From a virus (Duplodnaviria; Caudoviricetes): 46,236 nucleotides of DNA. The notes beneath the pieces are model-generated. The model was given only the letters and a program-made list of their open reading frames with translations. It was not told the origin of the DNA and did not search any database. The DNA lies in IMG/VR virus record IMGVR_UViG_3300035180_002546, positions 1 through 46,236 of that record; one strand, written 5' to 3'. A program made the position numbers and the translations under genes. Every line of letters begins with the position of its first letter. Positions within the stretch are counted from its first letter, which is position 1. Shown here in pieces: positions 31,801-38,678 of this stretch.

Positions 31801-32801
31801 ATGGACTCTCACTCTTTGCAGGTCTTTCACCTGCTACATGGGGCACTACTCCTCGCCTGATTGCCTTTCTTAATGATCTCTCCACGTCAGTGGTAACGGT
31901 AGGAGCATCTCTTATAACAGGCAATCGAACATCGGAAGGAAACATTCCAGGTGCCACAGTTCTCAAACAAACGATCACTCCAAAGATAGTAAAGACTCTT
32001 AGTCCAAGTGCATCTAAGGATGATCCAGCAACAGCTGAAGTACGGAAGGTATATAACGAAGCTCAAGCTCTTATAGGTGAAGGTAGACAAGAAGAAGCAG
32101 ACGCTCTTGTATCAAAGGCATTTCCAGAAACTCCTGAGGGTGATGCTGGGTATGAGATATACAAAAAGCTCAAAACTGCTGATAAGAAAAAAGAGACTGA
32201 ACAGGCAGTTCTTGGTATGAAAGATACGGTAGACCAGGTGTATAAACTCAAACAAGATGGAAAGGATGATGAAGTTCAGGCCATTGTTGATGCAATGACT
32301 GATGATGAATACCATGCGTATGAACTTGCAAAAAAACGCTTCCCACCTGACGGATCAAAGCCTCAATACACTGCGGGGGAAGAGGTTCCAGAAGATAGTG
32401 TTATAAATTCAGTGCTCACCTATGCAAAAGCAATAGGTACTGATCCAGTTACTGCATTTAACCGGATATTTACCGGCCAGCATATTCGACGTGTTGATAA
32501 TGGGGCAATTATTGTAAACAGAATGTCTCTCTCTGATTCAGAAGCAGTCAAGAAGTCCCAGGGTGCTACAAAAGATATGAGACTTGACCACACGGTCCCA
32601 CTTGAACTTGGTGGATCGAACAATAAGGGTAACCTAAAACTCGTACCTGAAGCTGTATGGGCATCGTATAGTCCAGTAGAAAACTATCTTGGTAAAGCTC
32701 TTCGAGAAGGACGTATATCTAAAAAACAAGCACAAAGCCTCATTCAAGATTTCAAAGAAGGGCTCATCACCTTTGAAGGGATTCAGTCCCAGGTAAAATA
32801 G
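25881..32801 (+). CDS. Large polyvalent internal virion/ejection protein
   Basis: 2306 aa. ART-like segment (YRGT..YGKGAYL..GYDGLI..IVFDPKNIK), an HNIS..GGLPVPSLAI domain, zincin LYHESFH and a C-terminal DHTVPLELGGSN..NL. Confidence 0.8.
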   Translation: MPFNIFTGQDDTVTKEPSSGSHFDIFSGESTAEQPTKQRPSLDRTGFFSSPNLLKADSAVSNVVSRLVGKFKQGFKVPDTSLAPIVNEAKDFASTVKDTAINIGNNVIEGVKHPLARLESVAPDITKVLNLNQQFTPEQQAYEKDKFINAVIGFTGNADFSAGAISGSKIPKPILDFFAKESNPEVISTAIQKTFKLDPILADEVSVGLSKAKTASEVKQALLEFRTSTPTASVVPEIAGVPSKQEAKSVVSRVVEEVKATVPAEPIAKTPVVPKEDALTTEARKYKSAEEFVASQRKMYRGTATPQSGDLDVANTYGLAYGKGAYLASEESFAKQYGNNISELYPVLKKPFAMDKEVSPQFLVQFKKDFPSYNEKYGTTGEDIHSFLQQDDANEYLQKHGYDGLIDAASEGSKQTIVFDPKNIKTKSQLIDIYNKAVGETKPKLQVSEDQNLITQHNISERKLLYAHEKGGLPVPSLAIANKNTPLTNFGEITLIGDKQMIDPSEKENKVFNADVYSKRFPRLETTVKSMDPVQKVIDETKDYFTNLDLPEWINYDKATSIQSNIQDEGIDGMKRDFAVQRAFAAKNEISPTSTSTEIEDYVNNKENRARYQSFVEDLYKQIVPSERIFKGFTYSGRRRYSPATIENIIKEMKGAVKDTEGFNYGVASIRASQAKQFKTLDSILKNRGKIVSENDMELIKDGFDREFNELLDTYDISDLSTFTENLKDFLKGKIRLSEFKQYTGISDEGASAFVQFAKQLKEAPTEYFEVKKQRLVGIGEFKTAVVPNDISINARKVLEDQGIEIVEYDPQIKGDREIKIKDAADKNNIAFRKGVNEFSDGITPQEAEAKIRELFDDHEVQLITGEDIGSLIKMDDSESILRGFHQPKRVIADLIGLVERDGKVSNSTLYHESFHAYMENFVAPAEKANVIKYIMENKVTNAAMRVKYSDKNYPTLEEKAEEWLADDFANFVKTGNADAPLRNFFQRILDRIRKWIRGIGKLDDLYERILKKDRSTVNPKTASKKPSMSVDGEKTPQEILAEAEASAKKPGGQQDRLRGLAEIARNSDTYEDFIYNISNNSLLKEWRADVQESGFNHFANFYKTQKSLKEGVAPVISKPIAKSVAQVIEESPSLITTPEIKVESARSVPESKIQLSPELQKMSDEISIRKDSLEGFSQGLPIGDLQKYVMTSGDMEGRFPEVTGTDTASYLADIKKRLASPKLKNKDTIKNLQNILDFAKNGDAIVTEYGFNSVEDATDAFEKYTQEKNAIRDLEKEYRMKKREFIAEERDRYAIEGIVTKQEKLDALRKVEAILREEGRNRAQKIKAIADHFKIPDSQMKKIVGTKDFRLLSDKDFENLLKKVQGMAYDEAQLTEARLMVQQTIDAKDLKKVENLRQAMKLPKIENMSLKQLDEFDTLLNSFEMGDEFLGIRQLETLKNTDIADIHTKREALESLAKSTGSTVADLQDIKINWLNKFESGTSLARQNPFFERMVMDTNAAKISAGIRFHEFKNELNQLLINARKTRSRGLVDRLVPTDELIFRWLEASDKEAVAKTMTPQEIQAAQFIQKKYAEIRDYLVEQGVLKKYRENYITHIRRGFLEALKDGGPFRGFKNAIKELFDNYKMEEANFNILNDQTGEILPLEKFFKYSMARSDKLIPSKNVAKAVMNYVRTFETKVALDSIVPKIDVYAHALTPGRMTPRGLEYDSSIKRFVKQWLNTQKGRPVDIGFIKAGDKLDWAIRSGVALTRVLDLALNIPVGLASNVGEQVMTFTELGAKQYAKGLARSLSTQGKLIIKHYETMVGETLWTRLSDTSKDIGDKFTETFFSLFSIAARKANVVEFLGMLSPEEFKTGVISSQRLAEMKNAMGKWRAVEDAPGSLLGKTAIGSVFKQYKSWAYPIASTTRNNIKVLIKMAKEGKNPTNSKEFAELLRVTLATAAILLVSYGAYKKLDSTKSRTFMENLAYKSMGDGLSLFAGLSPATWGTTPRLIAFLNDLSTSVVTVGASLITGNRTSEGNIPGATVLKQTITPKIVKTLSPSASKDDPATAEVRKVYNEAQALIGEGRQEEADALVSKAFPETPEGDAGYEIYKKLKTADKKKETEQAVLGMKDTVDQVYKLKQDGKDDEVQAIVDAMTDDEYHAYELAKKRFPPDGSKPQYTAGEEVPEDSVINSVLTYAKAIGTDPVTAFNRIFTGQHIRRVDNGAIIVNRMSLSDSEAVKKSQGATKDMRLDHTVPLELGGSNNKGNLKLVPEAVWASYSPVENYLGKALREGRISKKQAQSLIQDFKEGLITFEGIQSQVK

Positions 32802-32804
32802 TAC

Positions 32805-32833
32805 TTGACATAGTAATGTATGAGTGGTACCGT
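32805..32833 (+). promoter_or_regulatory. Sigma70 promoter for a leaderless small gene
   Basis: TTGACA-17 nt-TACCGT with a TG extension; ATG 6 nt downstream. Confidence 0.6.
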
Positions 32834-32839
32834 TGTTAT

Positions 32840-32983
32840 ATGTCTACATTACGTGCACACAAAAACAAAGAAGGATTAAAAACAATATTCCAAGCAGCGA
32901 TATTTTATACAGCGCCAATGGTAGTGTTTGTTGCAATTATCCACCTTTTTCTTTTTGTTGCCTCTAAAATTTACGGAAACTAG
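32840..32983 (+). CDS. 47-aa single-TM protein (moron-like)
   Basis: MSTLRAHKNKEGLKTIFQAAIFYTAPMVVFVAIIHLFLFVASKIYGN, with its own promoter; below the ORF-track cutoff. Confidence 0.55.
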   Translation: MSTLRAHKNKEGLKTIFQAAIFYTAPMVVFVAIIHLFLFVASKIYGN

Positions 32984-32997
32984 GTTATAATAAACCA

Positions 32998-33063
32998 ATG
33001 ATAAAGTTGTTGATCCTAAATTCTCCTACAGAAATAGGGGGAGATATCAAAGTAATTTTTTAG
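32998..33063 (+). pseudogene. Orphaned 5' copy of the 33735 lysin gene
   Basis: MIKLLILNSPTEIGGDI here versus MIKILVLNSPTEIGVEI at 33735; similarity ends at the HNH stop codon. Confidence 0.85.
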
Positions 33064-33673
33064 GAATTCTCCCAGTTCTTTTTGGTTTTAAGGTAAGCGC
33101 TTTTTCTATAGACCAGCCATTATACATTCTAAAATATACAGTGTTGTATTTTAGTCCAAATTTCTCTGCCCATTGGGATAGTGTTCTTTTCTCACCTCTA
33201 AATTGTAAAATTTTATTTGTAGTTTTATTGTTAGACTGTTCTTTAGTAGAAGCCCATCGACAGTTTTCTTTGCAGTAACCTTTTGAGTTATCAATACGAT
33301 CCAAAGTCAGATTTTCTTTATAAGAAAATCCCATGTCTTCGTAAAATCCTTCAAATTTCAACCATTTCTCACAAACTTTCACCCCTTTCTCGTAATAGTC
33401 TTTATTTTTAGGGTTATTACATCTGTAATTCATTACATGCCATATGTTGTAAATCCTCATATTATACTTTCCATGAGTTCTATGATTATCTTTATGTAAA
33501 CATCCGCAACTATTTGTATTCCCTGAAATTACTGAACTTGCTACGAGATCTATCTTTTTTCCACAGTCGCACTCAAATAACCAGATAGCTTTATTAAAAT
33601 TATTGGATCCAATCCTACTAATAGCTCTTAATCTACCATATTTATTACCTTTTATTTGGTTTGCTATTCCCAT
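33047..33673 (-). CDS. Free-standing HNH homing endonuclease
   Basis: KYGRL..ECDCG..SCGC..LTLDRIDNSKGY..NCRWA..EQSNN. AT-rich and opposite in orientation to its neighbours. Confidence 0.9.
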   Translation of the reverse strand: MGIANQIKGNKYGRLRAISRIGSNNFNKAIWLFECDCGKKIDLVASSVISGNTNSCGCLHKDNHRTHGKYNMRIYNIWHVMNYRCNNPKNKDYYEKGVKVCEKWLKFEGFYEDMGFSYKENLTLDRIDNSKGYCKENCRWASTKEQSNNKTTNKILQFRGEKRTLSQWAEKFGLKYNTVYFRMYNGWSIEKALTLKPKRTGRIPKKLL

Positions 33674-33734
33674 AAGAATTTCAGATTATATATCATGTCT
33701 TTATATCATATAATATATATGTTACAATTTCAAT

Positions 33735-34499
33735 ATGATAAAGATTTTAGTATTAAACTCACCAACTGAAATAGGTGTAGAAATTTCTAGTTGGTTTAAG
33801 GATCTCGATATCCAGGTAACATATAAGGTCCTTGAACCTTCTCCTCTTCCAAAATTGAAAGCTACTGGAACATTCTTCAATGGGAATATACGGTATACCG
33901 TCGATGTTATTGATGATGTTCGATCTTTCATCGAACCAATGCAGTATAACTATGTTCTCTACCTCTACAATGCTTCAGACTACCCACAATCATGGACAAC
34001 GGGCGGCTATACCGAACCTCGACAAATCTTTCCGGGTACTGGTCTTGCAACGATCCGTCGTGACGGCAATGAAGCAGACTATGCTATTCATGAACTCCAT
34101 CACCTATTCAGTGGGAGGCTCTCTTTTCTAGGGTATCCCTGCAATGATCAGATGGATCGAACCCTCGTAAAAGGAATATACATGGACTATTGGAAGAACT
34201 GGGGACTCAGTAGGCTTGATAAGGACTCAAACCATGCACTCACCTGGCACGCAATCTATCCATACCGTGAACACTTGGGAGAATTTCCCCCTACTATGAA
34301 ACGTGAAATGAAAAATCCATGGGTATCAGCATGGCAGAGTATCCTTAATGAAAAGGGGTACTTCTACGCGGGGATCACAAGCTACTTTGGCCCACTCACC
34401 GAGAAAGCGACTATTGCTTTCCAAAAGAAGCACGGTCTTGTTACAGACGGTATCGTAGGTCCAAAGACAATGAAAGCTATATGCCTAAAAAAAAACTAA
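33735..34499 (+). CDS. Lysin: zincin-like metallopeptidase plus C-terminal peptidoglycan-binding domain
   Basis: AIHELHH (HExxH) and FGPLTEKATIAFQKKHGLVTDGIVGPKT (PG_binding_1). Confidence 0.8.
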   Translation: MIKILVLNSPTEIGVEISSWFKDLDIQVTYKVLEPSPLPKLKATGTFFNGNIRYTVDVIDDVRSFIEPMQYNYVLYLYNASDYPQSWTTGGYTEPRQIFPGTGLATIRRDGNEADYAIHELHHLFSGRLSFLGYPCNDQMDRTLVKGIYMDYWKNWGLSRLDKDSNHALTWHAIYPYREHLGEFPPTMKREMKNPWVSAWQSILNEKGYFYAGITSYFGPLTEKATIAFQKKHGLVTDGIVGPKTMKAICLKKN

Positions 34500-34912
34500 C
34501 AATTGACCCTATAAAGCAATACAAGCTCCTGCCACTTGTCGAACGTAAGGCGCTAGAACTCATCAGATTGTGTGCAGAAGCCGGTACACCGATACGAATC
34601 ACTGAAGGGTATAGATCACCCGAAAGGCAGGCTCAACTCTACGCACAGGGCCGTACAGCTCCAGGGAAGATAGTTACAAATGCAAAGCCAGGAGAATCAA
34701 TTCACCAATACGGATGTGCCTTTGACGTAGTGTTCGTAAAAACAGGATATGAAGGTAATTGGGAAAAACTAGGCCAAATGGGAAGAATGCTTGGTTTTGC
34801 ATGGGGAGGAGACTTCAAATCAATAAAAGATCGTCCTCACTTTGAACTTACTATGGGATATCGAATGATTGACTTCAAAAACAAGAAAGTGGACTACTCA
34901 AGATACCAATGA
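34481..34912 (+). CDS. Endolysin, M15 family L-Ala-D-Glu peptidase
   Basis: EGYRSPERQAQLYAQGRT..SIHQYGCAFD..WGGDF..DRPHFEL. Confidence 0.92.
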   Translation: MPKKKLTIDPIKQYKLLPLVERKALELIRLCAEAGTPIRITEGYRSPERQAQLYAQGRTAPGKIVTNAKPGESIHQYGCAFDVVFVKTGYEGNWEKLGQMGRMLGFAWGGDFKSIKDRPHFELTMGYRMIDFKNKKVDYSRYQ

Positions 34913-34952
34913 TGTATACTGAAGTAGTTATTATCAAGTAATTTATATATTT

Positions 34953-35270
34953 ATGGAACAAACTGGTCCAACAATTCAACAAGTGATCACACAGATCACG
35001 ACAACGGTAGCAGCCGTAAGTGCATTCACCACGCTTCTATCGCTTGGTATCACTGAGTATGCAAAAAAGTTCACGAATAGTTCAAAGGTAGTAGCAGTAT
35101 TTGCCCTTGTCTTTGGATTCCTCGCAGGGATCACCATCATGCACCTCACCGGACAAACATGGTTTTCTCCAATGTCACTCCTTGTAGCATTCACCGCATC
35201 TATTGCAGCTCCAGGTGTATACTCAGTGAGTAGCACTCTTCTCAAGAAGAAGGATGAGCAAACGGCATAG
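34953..35270 (+). CDS. Holin (about 3 TM)
   Basis: Hydrophobic helices and a charged C-terminus, directly after the endolysin. Confidence 0.7.
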   Translation: MEQTGPTIQQVITQITTTVAAVSAFTTLLSLGITEYAKKFTNSSKVVAVFALVFGFLAGITIMHLTGQTWFSPMSLLVAFTASIAAPGVYSVSSTLLKKKDEQTA

Positions 35271-35382
35271 TAAGCAACATACAACACAACAGCCCTATAA
35301 ACGGGGATGTTGGAGATGTAGAGCATTTGCTTTCTGTCTCTTTATCGTAGGTCACTATCTATGCAAGAAATGCACAAAATAG
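35254..35382 (+). CDS. 42-aa CxxC..CxxC zinc-finger protein
   Basis: MSKRHSKQHTTQQPYKRGCWRCRAFAFCLFIVGHYLCKKCTK, overlapping the end of the holin. Confidence 0.4.
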   Translation: MSKRHSKQHTTQQPYKRGCWRCRAFAFCLFIVGHYLCKKCTK

Positions 35383-35442
35383 TATACTGACACTCCAGAA
35401 TATGGACGATACGGCTCCGGCTATATCTATCCATCAATCTGC

Positions 35443-35471
35443 AAAACGACACCCATTGGGGGTGTTTTTTT
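35443..35471 (+). terminator. Intrinsic terminator ending the lysis operon
   Basis: GACACCC-ATTG-GGGGTGTT followed by a T tract. Confidence 0.7.
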
Positions 35472-35490
35472 GTTGGTTATCCACACAATA

Positions 35491-35532
35491 TGTATGCAAG
35501 TACTTGCTTGCATACAAGTATCACAATATACT
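35491..35532 (+). promoter_or_regulatory. Promoter overlapped by an inverted-repeat operator
   Basis: TGTATGCAAG-6 nt-CTTGCATACA overlaps TTGCTT-17 nt-TATACT. Confidence 0.6.
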
Positions 35533-35576
35533 TAATACACCATAAAAGGTATGGCTTTATAAGTAATCTTTAATTT

Positions 35577-35741
35577 ATGATCTCAAAAAAAACTCGCGTA
35601 AAAAATGGAAGACTTGGAGGACAGGCAACATTTGAAGCGTATGGATCTGAACACTTCAGTACTATTGCAAAGAAAATGCACCGAAAGCGAAGACGATTGT
35701 TGAGAATTGCAGAAAAAGAGGCGTCTGTATCGAAGAGGTAG
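35577..35741 (+). CDS. 54-aa basic KGG-like protein
   Basis: MISKKTRVKNGRLGGQATFEAYGSEHFSTIAKKMHRKRRR... Confidence 0.6.
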   Translation: MISKKTRVKNGRLGGQATFEAYGSEHFSTIAKKMHRKRRRLLRIAEKEASVSKR

Positions 35742-35986
35742 GGTGTGGATAATTTGTGAATTGTGTTCTTAGTGTGCACATCCTATAGGGATAGAATCAT
35801 CCCAAAAGTGGAAAAGTTCCTGTGGAAAACTTGTGAATAACAAAAGTTTTCCTTAGTTTGTCACAGTGAAATCACAGGTTTTCCACAGCAAAAATAGCTA
35901 AAACATTAAAAATAACCTTATTTATCAATGAGACGTATAGGTTTATCCACAGTTGGGTCACTATATATATGCTCTTGTAATTATTT

Positions 35987-36166
35987 ATGGATAAAAATCA
36001 AGTAGTTCAAAGGATCCCGGTTACTCAAGCGATCACGCCGGTCCAGGAAAGGTGGCTCTACGAACACGGAGGTAGAACCAAAGAACATGTACTCATACAA
36101 GATACTAGCCTCTACATACTCATGAAACTTGCCGGAGGCGGGTACGAAAAGATCTTATTACCATAA
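35987..36166 (+). CDS. 59-aa hypothetical protein
   Basis: MDKNQVVQRIPVTQAITPVQERWLYEHGGRTKE...KILLP. Confidence 0.5.
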   Translation: MDKNQVVQRIPVTQAITPVQERWLYEHGGRTKEHVLIQDTSLYILMKLAGGGYEKILLP

Positions 36167-36173
36167 TAATATC

Positions 36174-36243
36174 CTCCCCATACTTCTCTTTCTTATAGCT
36201 AGACATGTCAGTGCATATCTATAGGGTGGGGAAGTATGGGGAG
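36174..36243 (+). other. 70-nt imperfect hairpin (RNase III-like or leader structure)
   Basis: CTCCCCATACTTC...GAAGTATGGGGAG 13-bp perfect stem plus an inner TATAG/CTATA stem. Confidence 0.6.
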
Positions 36244-36256
36244 ATCAAAACAACTT

Positions 36257-36646
36257 ATGAAAAAACTGATTATTTTAACAAGTTCACTGCTCATTCTGGT
36301 ATCTTTAACAGGATCAGCACACGCCTACCAACTCCCACGTTGCTACTACCCTGCTACAGGCAAACGCTACATTCCCACTGAAATCCACAAAACTAACTCG
36401 GGATATAGTTGCTATGTCAATGTCGGAGGGAAACTAAAATCAATGGGTGTCGCAACTCTTGAAGAGCCTACAGGAATTAAAGGCTATGAGAACGACAAAG
36501 TACTCACCTCAATCGGCCTCCTTACGATTAAAAAAGTAAACGACAACATCTACGGTACAGGATTTTGTCTTATGGATAGAGATATATGCTACCCCCTACA
36601 GAGTGACTATGGGAGATATTTATTAGCTAATGGCACAATTCAATAA
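36257..36646 (+). CDS. Secreted hypothetical protein
   Basis: Signal peptide MKKLIILTSSLLILVSLTGSAHA; four Cys. Confidence 0.65.
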   Translation: MKKLIILTSSLLILVSLTGSAHAYQLPRCYYPATGKRYIPTEIHKTNSGYSCYVNVGGKLKSMGVATLEEPTGIKGYENDKVLTSIGLLTIKKVNDNIYGTGFCLMDRDICYPLQSDYGRYLLANGTIQ

Positions 36647-36857
36647 CATGGAACATGATATGTTTTATTGGGGTTTTGTATTCGGAGCATTATTTATCGT
36701 CATTGGTTTTGTAATTTCTGACATGGTAGTAAAGCCAGAATGGTACTGCGAAGTCGGACAATCAGACAGTATACGGGTGTGCTTCCGTACAGAATCAGAA
36801 CGGATTGAGTACACCAAAGGAAATCAATGTGTCAGTTTTAACCAAAAACAAGAGTAG
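36630..36857 (+). CDS. Small membrane protein
   Basis: One TM helix followed by a Cys-containing tail. Confidence 0.5.
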   Translation: MAQFNNMEHDMFYWGFVFGALFIVIGFVISDMVVKPEWYCEVGQSDSIRVCFRTESERIEYTKGNQCVSFNQKQE

Positions 36858-36863
36858 AGATAT

Positions 36864-36965
36864 ATGAAGAGATACAAAATCATATATGCCGATCCCTCGT
36901 GGTCTTATGAAAGCAGACCTTTGCTACCCACTCTCCAATCAATATGGACGATATTTATTAACTAA
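36864..36965 (+). pseudogene. N-terminal remnant of an MT-A70-family adenine methyltransferase
   Basis: MKRYKIIYADPSWSY matches the KYxIIYADPPWxY start, then stops after 33 codons. Confidence 0.7.
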
Positions 36966-36998
36966 TTCAATTATTCAGTAACGGAGTGAAACAGTAGT

Positions 36999-37223
36999 AT
37001 GAAATATATTATTACCGATAAAAACGAAGCAAAAATTGGTGGTATGTATCATCAAGACATGGGAAGAGAGTGTGAAGGAAAAGTTATTGCTGCTGGTCAC
37101 TGCTCAAAGAATGAAGATGGCACATATACAGTTTGGGGAAATAGCTATGGTTATGGAATAGAATCAAAACCCGAAGATGCAAAGCTCCTCACCGACCTAT
37201 TATCAGAACAAACAGTGAAGTAA
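36999..37223 (+). CDS. Hypothetical protein
   Basis: 74-aa ORF. Confidence 0.55.
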   Translation: MKYIITDKNEAKIGGMYHQDMGRECEGKVIAAGHCSKNEDGTYTVWGNSYGYGIESKPEDAKLLTDLLSEQTVK

Positions 37224-37401
37224 TGATGAAAACGAAGATAACATTTTTTTCTTCAGAACCATCTAAAAAATACCCACATCTTTGGAGTGATGGCTGGTGT
37301 GTATGTATTAAAAGGTTTTTAGGAATTAAATATCTGTATTGGATTAAATAATTACCAACCCAACCCACACCACAGGGCTAATCCTGTAGTGAGAGAGAAA
37401 T

Positions 37402-37626
37402 ATGAAAGTAAAAGATTTGATGGCACTGTTCGATGAAAAAGACATGGAGAAAGAGGTTTATATGGCTTCTGATGCGGAAGGTAATGATTATTCAAAACTT
37501 GCAGATGCTTCTGACCAAATAAAGGTTGCGCGAGAGGGTGGAGAAGTCGATATATATAACACTGATGAACCAGAAGAATACGAAGGAGAAAAAACCGAAG
37601 AAGTAATAGTTTTATGGAGAGTATAA
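37402..37626 (+). CDS. Hypothetical acidic phage protein
   Basis: MKVKDL..DAEGNDYS..VIVLW pattern, common among small phage proteins. Confidence 0.6.
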   Translation: MKVKDLMALFDEKDMEKEVYMASDAEGNDYSKLADASDQIKVAREGGEVDIYNTDEPEEYEGEKTEEVIVLWRV

Positions 37627-37654
37627 TTTAACAGCAAACAATAAGATAAGAAAT

Positions 37655-37819
37655 ATGAAAGAAAAAGAAAAAGCGTACTCTATTTTCCTTGATGCTATAA
37701 GTTATCGTTTGGAAGTACTCGGCGAAAATATCAATCAAAAGTATTTACCAGAGGAAGTAGTAAGAGATTATAAAGATAAAATTGATTATCTTTTAAAATT
37801 AAGGGATGTATTCTTTTAA
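37655..37819 (+). CDS. 54-aa hypothetical protein
   Basis: MKEKEKAYSIFLDAISYRLE...RDVFF. Confidence 0.4.
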   Translation: MKEKEKAYSIFLDAISYRLEVLGENINQKYLPEEVVRDYKDKIDYLLKLRDVFF

Positions 37820-37885
37820 TTATTAACAACGAGAGATCATTCTCTCACATAACAAGGTGGTATACCTCAAACCTATGACTAATAA

Positions 37886-38164
37886 ATTTCTAAAACGGGA
37901 TTTAGACCCAAGAACAATGACATATCGTTACTCTGGGGGAAGTTCAACATCCCACCAAAGAAATACCCAAAGTGGGAAGATGTACCAAAAAATCCAAACC
38001 TATACGTGAGACCAGGAAGACCAAAACCATCAATGGCATTCCTCCACAAGAGTGCAATCAAACATATCGAAGAGTTCAAGGATTTCACAGTGGATAGTGA
38101 TATGGAGTTTCGTTCGTTATGCTCACAGAAGTTTGCAGAAGCATTTTATCAAGTAAATAAGTAA
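37886..38164 (+). pseudogene. Start-less C-terminal remnant of a phage methyltransferase-like protein
   Basis: Open frame reading LLWGKFNIPPK...FRSLCSQKFAEAFYQVNK with no upstream in-frame ATG. Resembles the C-terminus of small phage cytosine-MTase-like proteins. Confidence 0.5.
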
Positions 38165-38233
38165 CACCTATGAACACAGACACACAAGAGTATGGTATAG
38201 CAAAAAAAGTGGTACAATTATAAAAACACTGTT

Positions 38234-38449
38234 ATGGAAAAATCACGCCATCACCGTAGACCAAAATCTCAAGGTGGAGCAGATCACCCACCTAACACCA
38301 TCAAAGTACCTCACCATCTTCATGTGGCATACCATATCCTTTTCGGGACTATGACACCACAAGAAATTGCAGAAGAGTTGAACGCTCGTTGGATTGATCC
38401 AAAATATCAGTTCTTAGTTTTACCCAAGGCTATTGAACCTCACTATTAA
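38234..38449 (+). CDS. Minimal HNH-like protein
   Basis: SRHHRRPKSQGG..NTIKV..HVAYHILF; TGGTACAAT promoter upstream. Confidence 0.65.
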   Translation: MEKSRHHRRPKSQGGADHPPNTIKVPHHLHVAYHILFGTMTPQEIAEELNARWIDPKYQFLVLPKAIEPHY

Positions 38450-38460
38450 ACCCAACCGTT

Positions 38461-38598
38461 ATGTTACTACTCTTATTTTTTGCAATCGTCTGGCTTCGTA
38501 TTGACCACGATGAACACCTCCTCAATGAAAAAGCTGGTATGAAACCAAAACTTCCAGACCATGAGGACTACTCCGTGATATACAAAGCTCGCTGCTAA
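38461..38598 (+). CDS. 45-aa protein with a hydrophobic N-terminus
   Basis: MLLLLFFAIVWLRIDHDE...ARC. Confidence 0.35.
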   Translation: MLLLLFFAIVWLRIDHDEHLLNEKAGMKPKLPDHEDYSVIYKARC

Positions 38599-38647
38599 AC
38601 GTACTTCCTTGAAAAACCAAGGATTCTAACCCTGTCTAAACAGGATG

Positions 38648-38676
38648 AAAGCCCCTTTATTGGTAAGGGGCTTTTT
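38648..38676 (+). terminator. Intrinsic terminator
   Basis: AAAGCCCCTT-TATTGGT-AAGGGGCTTTTT. Confidence 0.75.
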
Positions 38677-38678
38677 AC

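Larger units (their letters stand above)
35477..35951. other. DnaA-box cluster, candidate replication origin
   Basis: TTWTNCACA matches on either strand at 35477, 35744, 35821, 35832, 35879 and 35943, plus near matches; AT-rich sequence follows. Confidence 0.65.

Noticed and set aside
1500-32700. Many minus-strand and off-frame ORFs in the track
   Set aside because: They are shadows of long + strand genes, with no recognisable motifs or expression signals.
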